From Nemertoderma westbladi (lineage: Eukaryota; Animalia; Xenacoelomorpha): 64,000 bases of DNA. Location of the stretch: positions 1-64,000 of the forward strand of contig JAUCBJ010007729.1 of the NCBI GenBank assembly GCA_032718475.1, in the 5' to 3' direction. The position numbers and the translations under genes were made by a program. Below are positions 13,523-26,700 of the stretch, piece by piece (positions within the stretch are counted from its first letter, which is position 1; each line of letters opens with the position of its first letter). The notes beneath the pieces were generated by a model, which saw nothing but the letters and a program-made list of their open reading frames with translations, did not search any database and was not told the origin of the DNA.

Positions 13523-14257
13523 CAACGTCCCAAGACACTCAGAAAGACACAGCGGATTGGCGGCAACTGTTAATTCTGTTTCTATAAAAATTTCGTATAT
13601 TGTTTCCCCCCCCCCCCCCCCCCCTTCCCCTTCCAACTCTTTCTGCAACTCTCTCTTCATTTACGAACATAAATAATTAGCTGTTTTCTGTCAGTCAGTT
13701 CATTTTGTATTCATTAGCTAATGTTTTAGTTTTAGTTGAGTCAAGGGAATCAACTATGTTGCTGTAACACTCGTATTACAGTAGTAGATAGGCAAGGGGC
13801 AATCTAATATCGAATTAAACTGAGATCGTGAGATCTATCTATCGCCTTAGGACAGGTTCACCGGAGATTAATAATAAGGTTGGCTTTCCTGGCGTAGTAG
13901 GTACGGTAGGCCTACAACAAACATCTCCAGTTATACCGGTAGAGTAGTAGGAGCTACGGAATTAAAAGGATGGCATCCGTTTACTTGGTGGTATAAAATG
14001 ATATTATTGGTTACAATGGGGTTGTCCATTAACGGGAACGGGATAACAATATCGCACTACTGTTACCTGGTGTTCTGTTCAGTAACCTACATGCGATTCT
14101 AAGATGATTTTGGGACGAGTATATTATGCATTATTCAAAATACAATATGTGTATCATCGGTGTATGTTACTTGGCATGGGTACTGGGCAGAATGCCCCGA
14201 CTAAAAGTTTCACCGATAAACGAAATATGATTTGTATAGAACATCCTCAAATTGGTA

Positions 14258-14655
14258 TAATAATAATAATAATAATAAATCATTTACTTATATATCGCGC
14301 TTAATCCCATGTATCGGTTCTAAAGCGCTGTTAAATTTCATTGTGTCCGAAAGTTTAGTTTAGATATGAAAAGCCCTATTAAAGAGTTCGATTTTTAGAA
14401 GGCTGCGGAAAGTTGTCAGGTAGTGGCGGTTCGAGTTTGAAAATTGAGACTGTTGGGGCTACATAGGTGAATGATCGGGTGCCGAATGTTTTAAGTTTGA
14501 AATTTGGTACTTTTAGAGTCCAAAGGAGATCCATCCTTGTTGGGTAAGGAGATCTAGGATGTATTCCGGGGCTAAACCATTTATGGCTTTCCAGGTGAGT
14601 AATGCGATCTTGTAGTCAATACGGTATCGGACAGGAAAGGAAGCCAATGGAAGTA
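14258..14655 (-). mobile_element. L2-clade LINE 3' end fragment
   Basis: (LHW)..PVRYRIDYKIALLTWKAINGLAPEYILDLL, a gcgc stem and a (TTA)n tail on the minus strand. Confidence 0.8.
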
Positions 14656-14685
14656 GCAAGCAGGACAATTTGGACCCATTAATAT

Positions 14686-14939
14686 CAGATAAGGGGGGAA
14701 ACTGGACGCAATAAAAATTCATCCCTCTCCAGGGGAAATTCGACGCAAATAACAGCTGATTATTCTCAAAAATAAAACTGTAACATGTTCTATTGTGCTT
14801 AGTTTATTGTTTTGGTTATAATAACGTACCACTGAAGCCTGATCCTTTCCCTAAATTGAGAATTTAACATTGAGGCGGGATATTAATTCGCCAAGACAGG
14901 TTTTGCTTCCAGTCCCCCCCCCCCCCCCCCCCCTGTCTC
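14686..14939. mobile_element. hAT-type MITE, copy 1
   Basis: Imperfect TIRs cagataag(G)n..actgga / tccagt(C)n tgtct, 8-bp TSD ATTAATAT (14678-14685 and 14940-14947). A reverse-complement copy lies at 21827-22110. Confidence 0.85.
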
Positions 14940-15296
14940 ATTAATATACGGTTTTGGGGACGGAATTGTACTGGCTGCCGGGACGGAATTCCCATTAGTT
15001 GAAGATTTGTTAGGAAATTCGTATTTATTTTATTTGGGTGTAGAATTCTTTCACATTTAGAGAAATTTCCAAATCTGATGTTTGGTCAGCAGATGAAAAT
15101 GGATTCTATATAACAATCTGCAAACACGATGAAATGTATTATGGATTTGGGAATAATCTAATCTATAAACACGATTAAATAAATTTATTATGGATTCTGA
15201 TAGCAAAAACCCCAGCCAGCCTGCGTCTGGTTCTGCAGGACTAAATAGTTAATAAAGCTCGCACGTTGCATTGTTTGCGCACCAAGATAAACTCAC

Positions 15297-15620
15297 CGTA
15301 GATGTAGAAAAATCACCCGCATCAGTTGTATCGGTGATTGTAGAAGAACTGGGGATACCCCATGTTGTGCCGTTAACTACAGCATCGCGCTCAGTTCGTC
15401 CAATATATGTGGCGACTTTAGTCTCAGCAATGTCCGAGGGTTTCGTAGACACGAGAGGGCTGGGGGTGTCCTCGGGGGCAGGGGTGGGGCACGAGTCGCT
15501 GAAGTAGCCCTCGCGCTTTAGTACTATTACGAAACTCGCCCATCCGAACAGAGCACCCGAGAAACACAACACTTCGAATAGAGCTAGACAATAGCATGCT
15601 ATGTACCTCCAAGGTGCCAT
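15297..15620 (-). CDS. First coding exon of an SLC43-family (LAT3/LAT4/ENBT1-like) MFS transporter
   Basis: MAPWRYIACYCLALFEVLCFSGALFGWASFVIVLKREGYFSDSC matches the SLC43 TM1 motif (E..xF.G..FGW.S...LK.EG.F...C). A canonical phase-0 donor acg|GTGAGT lies at 15296. Confidence 0.75.
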
Positions 15621-16978
15621 TGAAAATTATAATATGATAGTCATCTAAAACAATTGTCTACAAAAACCGAAAACTCAACAGTAATAAATATATAATTTGA
15701 AAATTGCATGTAGTTCTCTTAACTTTTGCCTAAAAATAACAATATGTCAATATATATTATTTTATTAGATAACGAAAAATTTGACCATAAATTTTCACTA
15801 TGTGATTGTCACTTGTGACTATAAATTTTGATTCGGATAGGAGATTCTATGTTCGCAATATAAATAATGCGTACAATTGTTTATTTATTGTACAGTAGTT
15901 GTGTTTGTTTGAAAATCTATACATTTTTTAAGGAAAACTTTTATAATTGTATTTGTTTAAAATTTGTGAACAAAAATCGCGTTCCTAACAATGTTGTAGA
16001 ACAAAAATAATTAGTTCTAGAACATAAATTTCAATAAATTAATAAATGCAAAATATCGTCGTATAACCATTTTGAATGGTCATAATTTGTATTGTTCCAT
16101 ATTATACACAACAAGTTATAATTTCCAAATCAAATTAGGGATTATTTTTGATAATAGTTTTGATAATTAATATGATAGACAAATTTAATCTTCTTATGCA
16201 AAATGTGTTACCAACTACACTACAGTAATAATTGTTAACCAACTTGAAACCGGGTCAGCGGAGTTATTATCCTGATAAAAACGATTACTATTATTGACTG
16301 ACTACTTACTGTCAACTAGCCCATAAGAGATTAACAAGGAACCATACAAAACCCTCTGATCAAAGGACGCCCTATCTTAAAAGAGCATGCGTGCGTATAT
16401 CCACGGGTGCTGAGAAACCACGCTACGCATCGGCGTCAAATATTTTAACTTTTATGGAGTCTTATATATCATCGTTTTGTGGGAAGTTTAACGGAATTCA
16501 AATGACGTCACATTACTCATCCTGACTCATTACTGACAAAAATGTGGGACATCCCTAATTACTACTTACCCACTGAGGAGGTACGATTAATAGTTTACAC
16601 AATGTGACTAACTGTACAAACAACAGCTCAAGTAGATGTAAACAGAAAGTAAACAATGGGTTTTAACTCTTCATCTATCTATATTATAGTGAGTGGGTGT
16701 AGGTATTGGTCGTTTACGATTAGGCCTACAACTACAAACTAAATTCCAACTTCAAAATTATTACCCTACCGAGACCACGGAGAACAGCCTGAATTATGTA
16801 ATGATTACGTAATATTACCGTTACCATACCCGAACAACCGGTGACCATGCCACACGTGCCGGAGATTGAGTGTAGTTACAATAAAAACAGTATAGGCTAG
16901 ACATACCATATACGCTGCTACGCTCAAGGATAGGTAAATAATGGATTGATAAAGGCATATTTATATCAATAATGATAC

Positions 16979-17262
16979 TAAAAGTAAAAAAAAGTTAATT
17001 TTCTTCGGCCGCTTGGCCAGGGATTACGCACAAAGTCTGACGTCTTATTTCCAGTGCGGTCCCCCAGAACTTTACTCCCCAGAGGAAACTCTAGTACTCA
17101 TTTTGCTATCACTTAAGGATGCAAGGCAGAGATGAGCCCTGGCTGGTCCCTTTATAACATTCGTGCCGAAACGAAAACTGCCCTGGCCCATGTGAGGATC
17201 GAACCCACGACCTACAATGAGATGTGAATTCAATGCAACCACTACACCAAGATGGAACCTAC
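16979..17262 (-). mobile_element. tRNA-derived SINE
   Basis: A box TGGTGTAGTGG, B box GGGTTCGATCC, a conserved-looking core (ctgccttgcatcc...aaaatgagtact), a T-rich tail and a 10-bp TSD ATAATGATAC (16969-16978, 17263-17272). Confidence 0.75.
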
Positions 17263-17487
17263 ATAATGATACCTACTAAACCTGCTAATGAACCTACTAA
17301 TGATATGCTTTATTAACCGAACACACAGTTTTAACAAGAAGTGGATAAAAATTAAATAATAATATTGAAAAATTGATGCACAATAAAAATAGTACCAAAT
17401 TTTGTATAATTTAAATATCTCGTCGAATTTTTTCGAATCAATATTTATATCTATGGCATATTAATAAAGTATATGCAATAATATATA

Positions 17488-19257
17488 CCGGGTGTTCCAT
17501 AATAACCCCCCCCCCCCATGGCCCGTCAAAACTGCCATACATACATCTTAGTGTAAAATACAATTCGAAAGATAATTTAATTCTGAGCTTGCATGCGAAA
17601 ATTTAGGGTCCAATATTTTTAAATCATAAATAAAAATTTTATAGGCTATTCCTTAAACCTATCTTATTTTTCAATATTTTTGATTTAATCACAATTAAAA
17701 AAACATAATTTATCCAGCGTTAGTCATCAGCTTTGCATCCATGTTTCCCCTTTGCAGCACGGGAAGCTCCTCGATAGTGGCAAAGGATGTTGGCTAAAAG
17801 GGCCGTTTTGGTTTGAGTTGAGTTTGAATATGTCGCAGAATTAAAACTCTGTGTTTCCTCCATTTGCATTGCGGACAGCAGTCTGGGAAAAGTTGATAGA
17901 AGTTTATCAAATAAATCGCTGTCATCAGCCATACTTTCCAGCACAGAAATCAGGTGTTGTTTGAGTACAACTTTGGAGTATCTCATATCGGGTTGTTCCA
18001 TCATCATTAAGTCTTCAACGCGTTGCTTGACAATAGCTCCTAAATCCTCTGCTGGGTTTAGGTCAGGGGAATTTCCCGGCCACTCATTGTTTCCAAAGAA
18101 GTCAACACCAGACGCCAGTAACAACTGCTGAGTTGCTATAGCTTTCATAAGGTCACCTCATTGGTGTCTATCACGTTAACAGGGTTGTCTAAGAAGGGAA
18201 GAACATTCTCAGCAAGAGTAACTTGCCTAAAGTATTCACCATCCCACGACTGTCACTGATCTTTGATGACAAACATCATCATACGAGCTGTAAATTTTAT
18301 TATAAAAAACCCAACACACTCTGTACGGTTAGGCATTTGACGAATGCGGAACAATATCCTCCAATCGCGCCGCAGGGACCTAATTCTGTCATTCTGATGG
18401 TTTGGTTTACGAAAACAATGAACTCATCACTGCAGGTAACATCCATAAAGTCCATCTCATCCCACAGACCAACAACCATGTTACAAAATGTAAGCCGATC
18501 CTCACGGTTTAGTTCAGTAACCAGCGGACGTTTAACAGTGTGGAAGAGTTTAAACCCTTGACTTTGGAGTTCCCTGTGGATGGAGCCAATACTTTTGACT
18601 TTGCCTCGATTAAGAAGGATTTCTTTTTGGATGGCCCGCACTGATTTCTTAGGGCGGCCTGCACACTCAGCAAGAATATCCTTAAATTCTTGTGAAAAGA
18701 AAATGGTCTTCCAGTTGTTTTCACTTTCCCGCAATTGTGTGGATCTTGATTCCAGTTTCGCTTCACAAAATCTTTACTACTCATTATCTTCCCCGCGATC
18801 CACTTTGGTGATATTTGCACACCATTTGCCACAGAATCACGAGCCTCTCTAAAAGTAACAGCTCTGATCCTGTCAACCATAAGCTTTTCTTCAGAGTCAT
18901 CGAAGATTGCACTGGAACTGGTCTTTTAGAATACTGTAATATATTGCAATACAGCAAAAGTCAGGCAGTAATAACTGTTTATACATGGCTGCAAAGCTGA
19001 TGACCAACGCTGGATAAATTATATTTTTTTAAATGTGTTTAAATCAAAAATATTGAAAAATAAGATAGGTTTAAAGAATAGCCTATAACATTTTTATACT
19101 TTTGTATTGGACCCTAAATTTTTGCATGCAAGCTCAGAATTAAATTATCTTTCGGTATATGGTATATTAATGGATAATGTATAATGGTATATTACACTAA
19201 GGTGCATGTATGATAGTTTTGGCTGGCCAGGGGGGGCAATCATTATGGAACACCCGG
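17488..19257 (-). mobile_element. Tc1/mariner DNA transposon with ~250-bp TIRs and a disrupted transposase
   Basis: TA|CCGGGTGTTCCAT...ATGGAACACCCGG|TA. Transposase fragments include KRPLVT..NREDRL.FC, CSDEF and WPGNSPDLNPAE. Frameshifted. Confidence 0.92.
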
Positions 19258-20510
19258 TAGTTATGCAGTATGTAATGCAGTATATAGAATAATGCAATAT
19301 AATACAGTTAAGAAATTATCGAGTAAACAATACAATACCTTACCGGTGTAGAAAACAATAGAGTATATTATAGAATCAAATAAAGTATTATAAATGAATC
19401 ACAATCCAAAGAAATATAAAGCTCAAGTATATAACATTTAGTAAAATATGTATTTATTTAACATGTAGGGTCAATAGTAAATGGTGTTTTGCAAATGACC
19501 TCCTGTTGCCTTGGTGATACGGGACCCAAAAATTTACAATTGAGCTTGGCATCAGACGGATTCGGAATCAGCACACTCGATTTAGCTTAAAACCGTTGGA
19601 TGACAGCCATTACCAAAATTTGCCTTCGCCATCACTTTCTAGGCGTATTTTCAGGATTTGGAACCAGATTAATAAATACACTAAAGTGTTAACGAAATAA
19701 ATGAGTGGAAACTTCACAATCTTAGTATTCAGTAAATAAAGCTAGAGGCTGATCTATATGCTAGAGGCTGAAGCTGAGTTAATCTATATTTACTAAATGA
19801 GTTTCAATCACAATCTGTCTGTCCATCTAAAATGCTCATCATTCCAGTAGGCCTAAGATCCACCTCAGCTAAAATTATGAAGCCTAAATAAAATAAAATA
19901 TATCTCAATTTTACCTTTTACTAGGTGAAAGGTCTGTCTGATGCCTTGAGGCTATAAGCACTTAAACCGCATAGTAATTAAAAAATATTAATCTTTGAAT
20001 ATATTATGGTATTACTAGGTGATTGAAAATTGAAATACATATCGGCCCAGGGGCATCTGAAATTAAATTAAAGTGGAAGTTGATGCTAAAAGCTCCATTA
20101 TAAATATTACATATCAAAGATTACAGATGAAGATAATATTATTTATTCGTAAAATAATGTGATAATGCGCGAAGCGCAAACGTGACTATAAAGTTTAGCT
20201 ACATTTTAAGACAGAAGAGGAAATTATTAAAAATTGAGAAGAAATATGAGCAGCAGGTCATTTAGCCTTCCGAACTCATTTGAAATATCGATTAAATTAA
20301 TGAGTTGGAATGTTATTATGAATTATTAAAATGATAAAGAGATAATAAATGCAATAATACACAGATATTATACTGAAGATGATTCGTTAGGCTTGGGCTA
20401 AATGGATTCTTGGGCTAAATGGATTGAGTTTCAGTTATTGTTCATTTATTGCTTAAGAAGCTTGACATATATCTCATCTAAAATCTAACCATCGCTTTAG
20501 CTAAAATTAT

Positions 20511-20740
20511 GGTTATCGTTCATATGCGTACCGATGGTGTTACAGTGGTGGTGTTTTCTAACCAAAACAATAAACTAATCTCCATTACTTAATTAACGGA
20601 AAGGAGCAGGTTACAGTGGTGGGCTTTTCTAACCAAAACAATAAACATTATCTCAATAACATAGGGTATTTGGGTATTTCATAATTATAGTCTTATTTTT
20701 GCAATACGAAAATACCATCGGTACGGATATGAACTATAAC
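20511..20740. mobile_element. MITE with ~27-bp TIRs and a 9-bp TSD (Mutator-like)
   Basis: gttatcgttcatatgcgtaccgatggt ... accatcggtacggatatgaactataac, flanked by TAAAATTAT on both sides. Confidence 0.75.
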
Positions 20741-21384
20741 TAAAATTATTGTTGAATGCATCAGCAAATCAAAAAATCAGTAGAATGTCACCGAAATATT
20801 ATTTCAGGAAATCTATCTGTCATTGTTCGACTGTATGATTAATGATGACGTGGAGGTGATGATACATAATAATATAATCTACCTACGTACGTCGATGTAA
20901 TGTTATATTTTCATAACTATATGTTGTTGCTTTATATTACCGGGACCGATACTTGTAAATGAATAATTTGCTTATGGTTCCTGCAAGAATACTATTAACG
21001 GCGATAAATATGACATTTAAATAAAATATATAAATCAACCATAATTCGCTCAAATTAATAGATGACATTTTGATATAATTAAACAATTAACTCCTAAAAA
21101 TCTGTTCAAATAAGAACTTAAATAGGCCTACTGTTTATGGATTACCGTAACCGAAGCCAGCATGAGGCAGGAAATCAGTTGAACGTGAAACTTAGGTAAC
21201 TAACTACCTGCTGATTGCTGAGCTGAAGGAACTAACTGCTGCAGCAGTAAGCTTGCTGTCCCTATTATTGTCAGCTGCACTCCTGGCAACCACCAGGAAT
21301 ATATTCCAGCTGGTAATTCCAACCACTCCACGCCAGGCTCCCAGAAATATTGGCCAATCATATTCTTCTAAATTTAGGGTTAAA

Positions 21385-22170
21385 GGGGTGCCAACTTATA
21401 GCGCCAACATGCGAACATTTTTAATATTCTATATCGGCCTTTATGTAATAATAGTGGGTGAGGGGATGACAATTTATTGTAGAAATCGAATATTCAAAAG
21501 TACACTTTATATCACCTTTATTTCACAGAAAGTACACTTTATATCACCTTTATTTCACAGAAAGTACACTTTATATCACCTTTATTTCACAGATTTAAAG
21601 CTTTTTTGGCTGCGACAAAAAACGTTACAGAAAAAGACGTTACAGTTTGATATTTTTTTCTTTCTAAAAAAAGTACAGTACACCTAATTATATGTTATTG
21701 GAGGTAATTTTGAACAGACAGCAGGACAGGTACGAAGGTAGGCTACTGCTACTACACGTAGGCCCAAGCACGTTAGAACTGGGAAAAGGCATTCTTGTCT
21801 TCCTGTTCAAAATTCCCTCCACTTACTAGACAGGGGGGGGGGGGGGGGGGGGGGGGACTCGACGCAAAACCCGAATTCCTATTGCCGAATTAATATCCCG
21901 CCTCAATGTTAAATTCTCAATTTAGGGAAAGGAAGTAGGTTACAGTGGCACGTTATTTTAACCAAAACAATAAACTAAACACAATAGAACAGATAACAGT
22001 TTTATTTTTGAGAGTAATCAACTGTTATTTGCGTCCAATTTCCCCTGGAGAGGGATGAATTTTTATTGCGTCCAGTTTCCCCCCCCCCCCCCCCCCCCCA
22101 CCCCTATCTGCCACTTACATATAATCATTAGGTGTACTTTTTTTTTAGAAAAAAATGAAAAAATCAAATG
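21385..22170. mobile_element. Degenerate fold-back non-autonomous DNA element hosting the nested MITE; includes a 3x32-bp tandem repeat (~21498-21592)
   Basis: Inverted arms ~21645-21695 and ~22117-22170 (aaaaagtaca..cacctaattatatgt / acatataat..taggtgtactttt). Tandem unit aaagtacactttatatcacctttatttcacag. Confidence 0.5.
21827..22110. mobile_element. hAT-type MITE, copy 2 (inverted relative to copy 1)
   Basis: Termini TAG...CTG, 8-bp TSD CCACTTAC (21819-21826, 22111-22118), and high similarity to 14686-14939. Confidence 0.85.
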
Positions 22171-22478
22171 TGGCCGCAATCAGCCACGGTACGATTGAAT
22201 CTATTAAATAATATTTTATAAAATGAAATTAAATAAAAAATTAATAAATTCATTAAAAATTTAATAACAAAGACCAAAATTCTGACAGTGGACTCAGACC
22301 GGCAGAAAATCGATCGCGATAACATTCATTCGCTGGATGGGACATATCGTAATCCAGCTCCAAGTACCAGCATCACCCTGCAGATAAGCCGCCTGATATA
22401 TGCCCAAACGTTAATAATGATAAATCCTTCCTTCACATACCGAACGCTGATAAGATTACATAATGTAATATGATAACA

Positions 22479-22612
22479 TACATCATTGTGTGTAAAGGTA
22501 ACTTTTCAGCGTTAAAGACCCTTGTTTATTTTTGCAAACCTCCCTCCTTGCGCTCGCTCGGTACATAAATAAACTCGTGTCTTAAGTGTGCTACTTTGCA
22601 CACAATGATGTA
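22479..22612. repeat. Short fold-back element
   Basis: Inverted arms tacatcattgtgtgtaaag ... ctttgcacacaatgatgta around a central cgctcgctcg. Confidence 0.6.
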
Positions 22613-22956
22613 AATAGTTATTGTTGACTAGAGCAGGGCTGGTGAAGTTTTACTGTTCATAAAATTTAAATAGTTTATTTCATACCCACATATTATTTTT
22701 ACGGGCAAGATTTATTATTTAGGTTACATTCACACTATCAATGAAATTTACACATTTTCTTAGGGAGGAATCTGCGAAAATATTATAGGAAAAGGTACGA
22801 TATAAAATTGTTGTTAAATTAATTGAAGGAATTAAATCAAAGAGCCGTCCTGAAATTTTGACATATAAATTCAATTCAATTCGAACTTCAAGAAAGCATT
22901 TAACTCCATCCATAGCGGTAAAGTATAATAAACTGACTCAGTAAACTCAACTAGTA

Positions 22957-23620
22957 ATGGTTCTCACACCAGATGGTGAAACTGAGTTTTTAATCCTGTC
23001 TCTGGTGCACTGCAAGACGACACATGTTCCATTACTCTTCATAATTGTGTTGGATTACGCAATGAGGACGGCCACAATGGGAGAAGAAGATCTTGTATTC
23101 ACACGACAAGGACGTAGAAGCAATCCGGCAACTACAGTCACAGACACCGACTGTGCGGATGACATCACGCTGTTTTCTAATATGCTAGCAGATGCAAAAC
23201 TTTTTATAAACAAAGCGGAAAGGGTTGCTAAGGAGGTTGGATTGCAAATAAGAGATAGTATGAATACATGAAGTAATGTTAATGGAAGCTATGGAAGCTA
23301 TGGAAGCCTAGCCACTATTGATAATAATCAAATAAAGAACGTAGAAGAAAAAGACATAGAAGTTAGGCAAAAGCAAAGGCCCTATGAAAAATGGATACCA
23401 TCTGGAAATCAGACCCCTCCCGTCATCTGATGAACAAGTTATTTCGAGCCACAGTGGAAAGTGTATTTTTATACGGGGGTGAGACCTGGACACTGACTAA
23501 ATCACTTGAACAACGAATTGATGGTTGCGACACATGACTACTAAGGGCAGCCCAAAACATCAGCTGGAGACAACACATGACAAACGCCGATCTTTGTGGT
23601 ACATTACCACCTGTATTAAG
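22957..23620 (+). mobile_element. Decayed RTE/RTEX-clade LINE fragment
   Basis: LTPDGETEF, PLLFIIVLDYAMR and TDTDCADDITL parallel the RT at 40690-42507. Many disruptions. Confidence 0.85.
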
Positions 23621-23774
23621 TAATCTACGTAAAAATGCACAAAATTATTCAGTAATGGCAAAAATAATTGCGATGTGCCACATTAAAATTACTGTAGCCT
23701 TTTTTGTAACTGGCCATATTTAACATTAGTTAATATTAACAAATAATATTTAGAACGCAAATTTAAAGTTGTGA

Positions 23775-26700
23775 CTATTTTCCACCTTCTGATATAATTT
23801 TCCGCAATCCTGACTTTAGCAATTGATCAAGTTTATAGGGATTGCAGTGAGGGGAGTTTATCATGTTCTGTATTTCGTTTAGATGATCCCGTATCGACAT
23901 ATTGCCGGTTGTCTTCACATCGCTGGCTTCAATTACCGTCGGGCTGTAAGTCAATGTTGTGTTAGTACGATCACTGCTCACATTGGTTGGCTGTCTCTCA
24001 TTCTGAGCGTTTTCATTGGCTGATGCACTTTTTCTTGTCGGCCGTTTCTGGGCCGCTCTTCGCTTCAAAACATGTTTGGGATTGTTATCTGTTACGTGAT
24101 GCAGTTGCCGTCGAGACTGGGACGGCGAGTCGTCTATGAAGATCAACTGACTTTCTGGGTAAATTCGCGAACGAGAATTCCAGGAATCAACATCAGATAT
24201 ATAACCCGAGCTGTTGGAATTAATGACGTCACGTTTTCTACTTCCAGATTTGTCTGAAATAATGAAGTCACGCATTCTACTCTCAGATTTAGATCGTGAG
24301 TACAACTTAATACTTGGCTCGTTACAAATTTTGATTGGCTTTGATTGGCTATTGTTGAAACATTCTGTGCCGAGTTGAGCCGGTCTTCGACTTCTACACC
24401 AACACGGCCACCACTGGTATCGACTCAGTATAGAGATCCACGACCGAGTATCTGCTTGGTCTTCTGCCCTCAGTGCGATATCCCGCGGTACTGTCGGAAT
24501 CGTCAAAGTGAAGGTATTTGGGGAATCTCTAATAACACTAGAACCATGGAGACAGAAACTGTAACGGCATGGAGAATTGGTTGAAGGGAACATATAGAAC
24601 ACGGACTGAGAGACGCTGCACCAATAGGGAAGCCAAAACCCGTCGTCAGTGAGGTAAGTTAAATACCCGTTAATAAGCGGGAAGTCTAAATCGTTTGGGA
24701 ACACGTTTTCCTCGGGGCTATTTATATCGTCTCTACTGTCGTTACTATCTACTAACGCACACCGGTGGGCGTTGTGAGTGGCTATCCAGGAGCTTTGAGA
24801 ACGTTTAGACAGCGGATTCATAGTTGGGTTGCGGATCTTTAGACTATCGTATAAGTCGGCTTCCAAGTCGTCGATACTTGCGGAGTCCATTTTATTCTTG
24901 TAGTTGATGCTGGTCGGCGTTGAAATCACATTGCTTTGAATTGTTAATTCGCTGGCTTGGGATTGGTCGGTGCGCACGCTTGTAGAACTGCTAGTCGCCG
25001 ACCAATCAACAGTATCCTTAAGTACTTCGCCATGTCTTGTTCTATGGACTTCTTTATTTGGGGTAATAGGAAGTCCAATAGAATTAGTAAGTGTTGCTAA
25101 GTCGTTGCTACATGTTGCTACGTCGTCGTTGGAAGTGTTAATAATAATTTGAGGTAAAACTAAATTCGGCGAAAAACAAATAGCTTTTTTAACAAAGTTA
25201 AACCATTGATGGAAGTTTGATTTCAATTCGACATCGATTAATATTATCTTATTTGTAGTTTTATTTACGAGAAGAACTTGTGTGTCATTTAGAACGTATA
25301 GATTTTTCTCGCTACTTGTTCGTTTGTACATGATGTTCTGCACCTTAGAAGCTAATCTTTGCCGCAAGTATTTGGAAAACGAACCACGAGGTTCTGTCGA
25401 GGACTTTTGCTCTACGAGCGGATGCGTCATGAGGTCATAATTTGTTAGAATTATGACAAACAAAGGTTTCGGAGAATTCTTATTCAGGAAGAAACATAGA
25501 ACTGAAAATACTGCGATTGTCCAATACCGTGTTCCGTTAATGGTTAACCAGCCGGTTTGGGCGGGGTCTATAATATCTTTGCGTTCTAATCTTCTACGTA
25601 TTAGATTCTCATTGCCACTGATCATTGCTACTTGCAGTATGTGTGTGAGATTGCGATTAACTTTTCCCCACTGTGTGACTGCTGAGTCAAATTTCATCTG
25701 GGGTTGTTTACGGTTTACGTTGCTTTGTACTATCGGCACATCTCCCCTCTCATGGGAGCGTTGTTGAGGTTTAATAATATAATCTATTTGATCGACAGAC
25801 TCAACATTTAGGGCTTCCACGTCTATTTTTGACAAGAAGCTATCCTCGTATTTCAAATATGTCAAACTTTCATTGTTAGAAGATTTTTGGTTGACTTCAG
25901 GTTGTAACACACCACATAACGACGATAACTTGGGATGGTGTCTCCCATTGGCTTCCTTTACTTTACGTACCGTTCGAAACGAATGTGATCGTTTAATAAG
26001 CGAATGATGTGTTTCTTTCTCGGGAGTGGTTGGTAACGAACCTGCAGTCCGAGAATTAGTCATAGTCGTTCTCGCTGGATGTGCAGGGATCTCGAGAAGC
26101 GGTAGGTTTGGAGTTGTTTTCTGGTTTTGTAGGAACTGCGCGGGAATTACGATCTTGCGAATAGGACTGCGTTGAGATCCTCCCTCCTGTGAATCCTGTA
26201 ACAAATCCGCCGCTTTACTTACCTCCTCATTTATTCCACTTCCATATTTGTCTCTATTTCTATACCACGACGAATGTGTTTCAACGTGACGTGGCCCGCA
26301 TCCTAGACTCTTCGCTTCTCCACTTCTTAGCTTACTTTCAGAAATTGGCTTGCCAAAATCTTGCCATTCATGAAGATCTGACTTTGATTGTAGCAATTTC
26401 GGAACCTCACCAGCCGCGCCTCTTTCCTGCGATTTCGAAATATCTTTGTCACATGCTCTCAATTTCGAAGCCTTTTCATCTCTTTCTTGGCATTGGGAAA
26501 CCTTACTTCCCCCCTTTTCCCATTTCGAATCGTCATCACCCCAAACTTTCATCACAGAAACGTCAGAACCGATTTGTTGCCAAATTGGAATTGATTTTAC
26601 TTTCTCATGATTGGTACCTTCTGTGATGTTGATCTTCTCCAATGAAATACCGGTTGGTTGATTGAGGGGAAATTTCCAATCTGAACCCAAGGAAAATTTG

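Noticed and set aside
17170-17260. tRNA gene on the minus strand
   Set aside because: A and B boxes are present but there is no cloverleaf, and it continues into a SINE body with a TSD.
19465-19660. Fragment resembling a non-autonomous DNA transposon (attcggaatcagcacactcgatttag)
   Set aside because: No TIR pair or TSD found.
21253-21687. 144-aa ORF
   Set aside because: Non-ATG start, and it runs through a MITE and a 32-bp tandem repeat.
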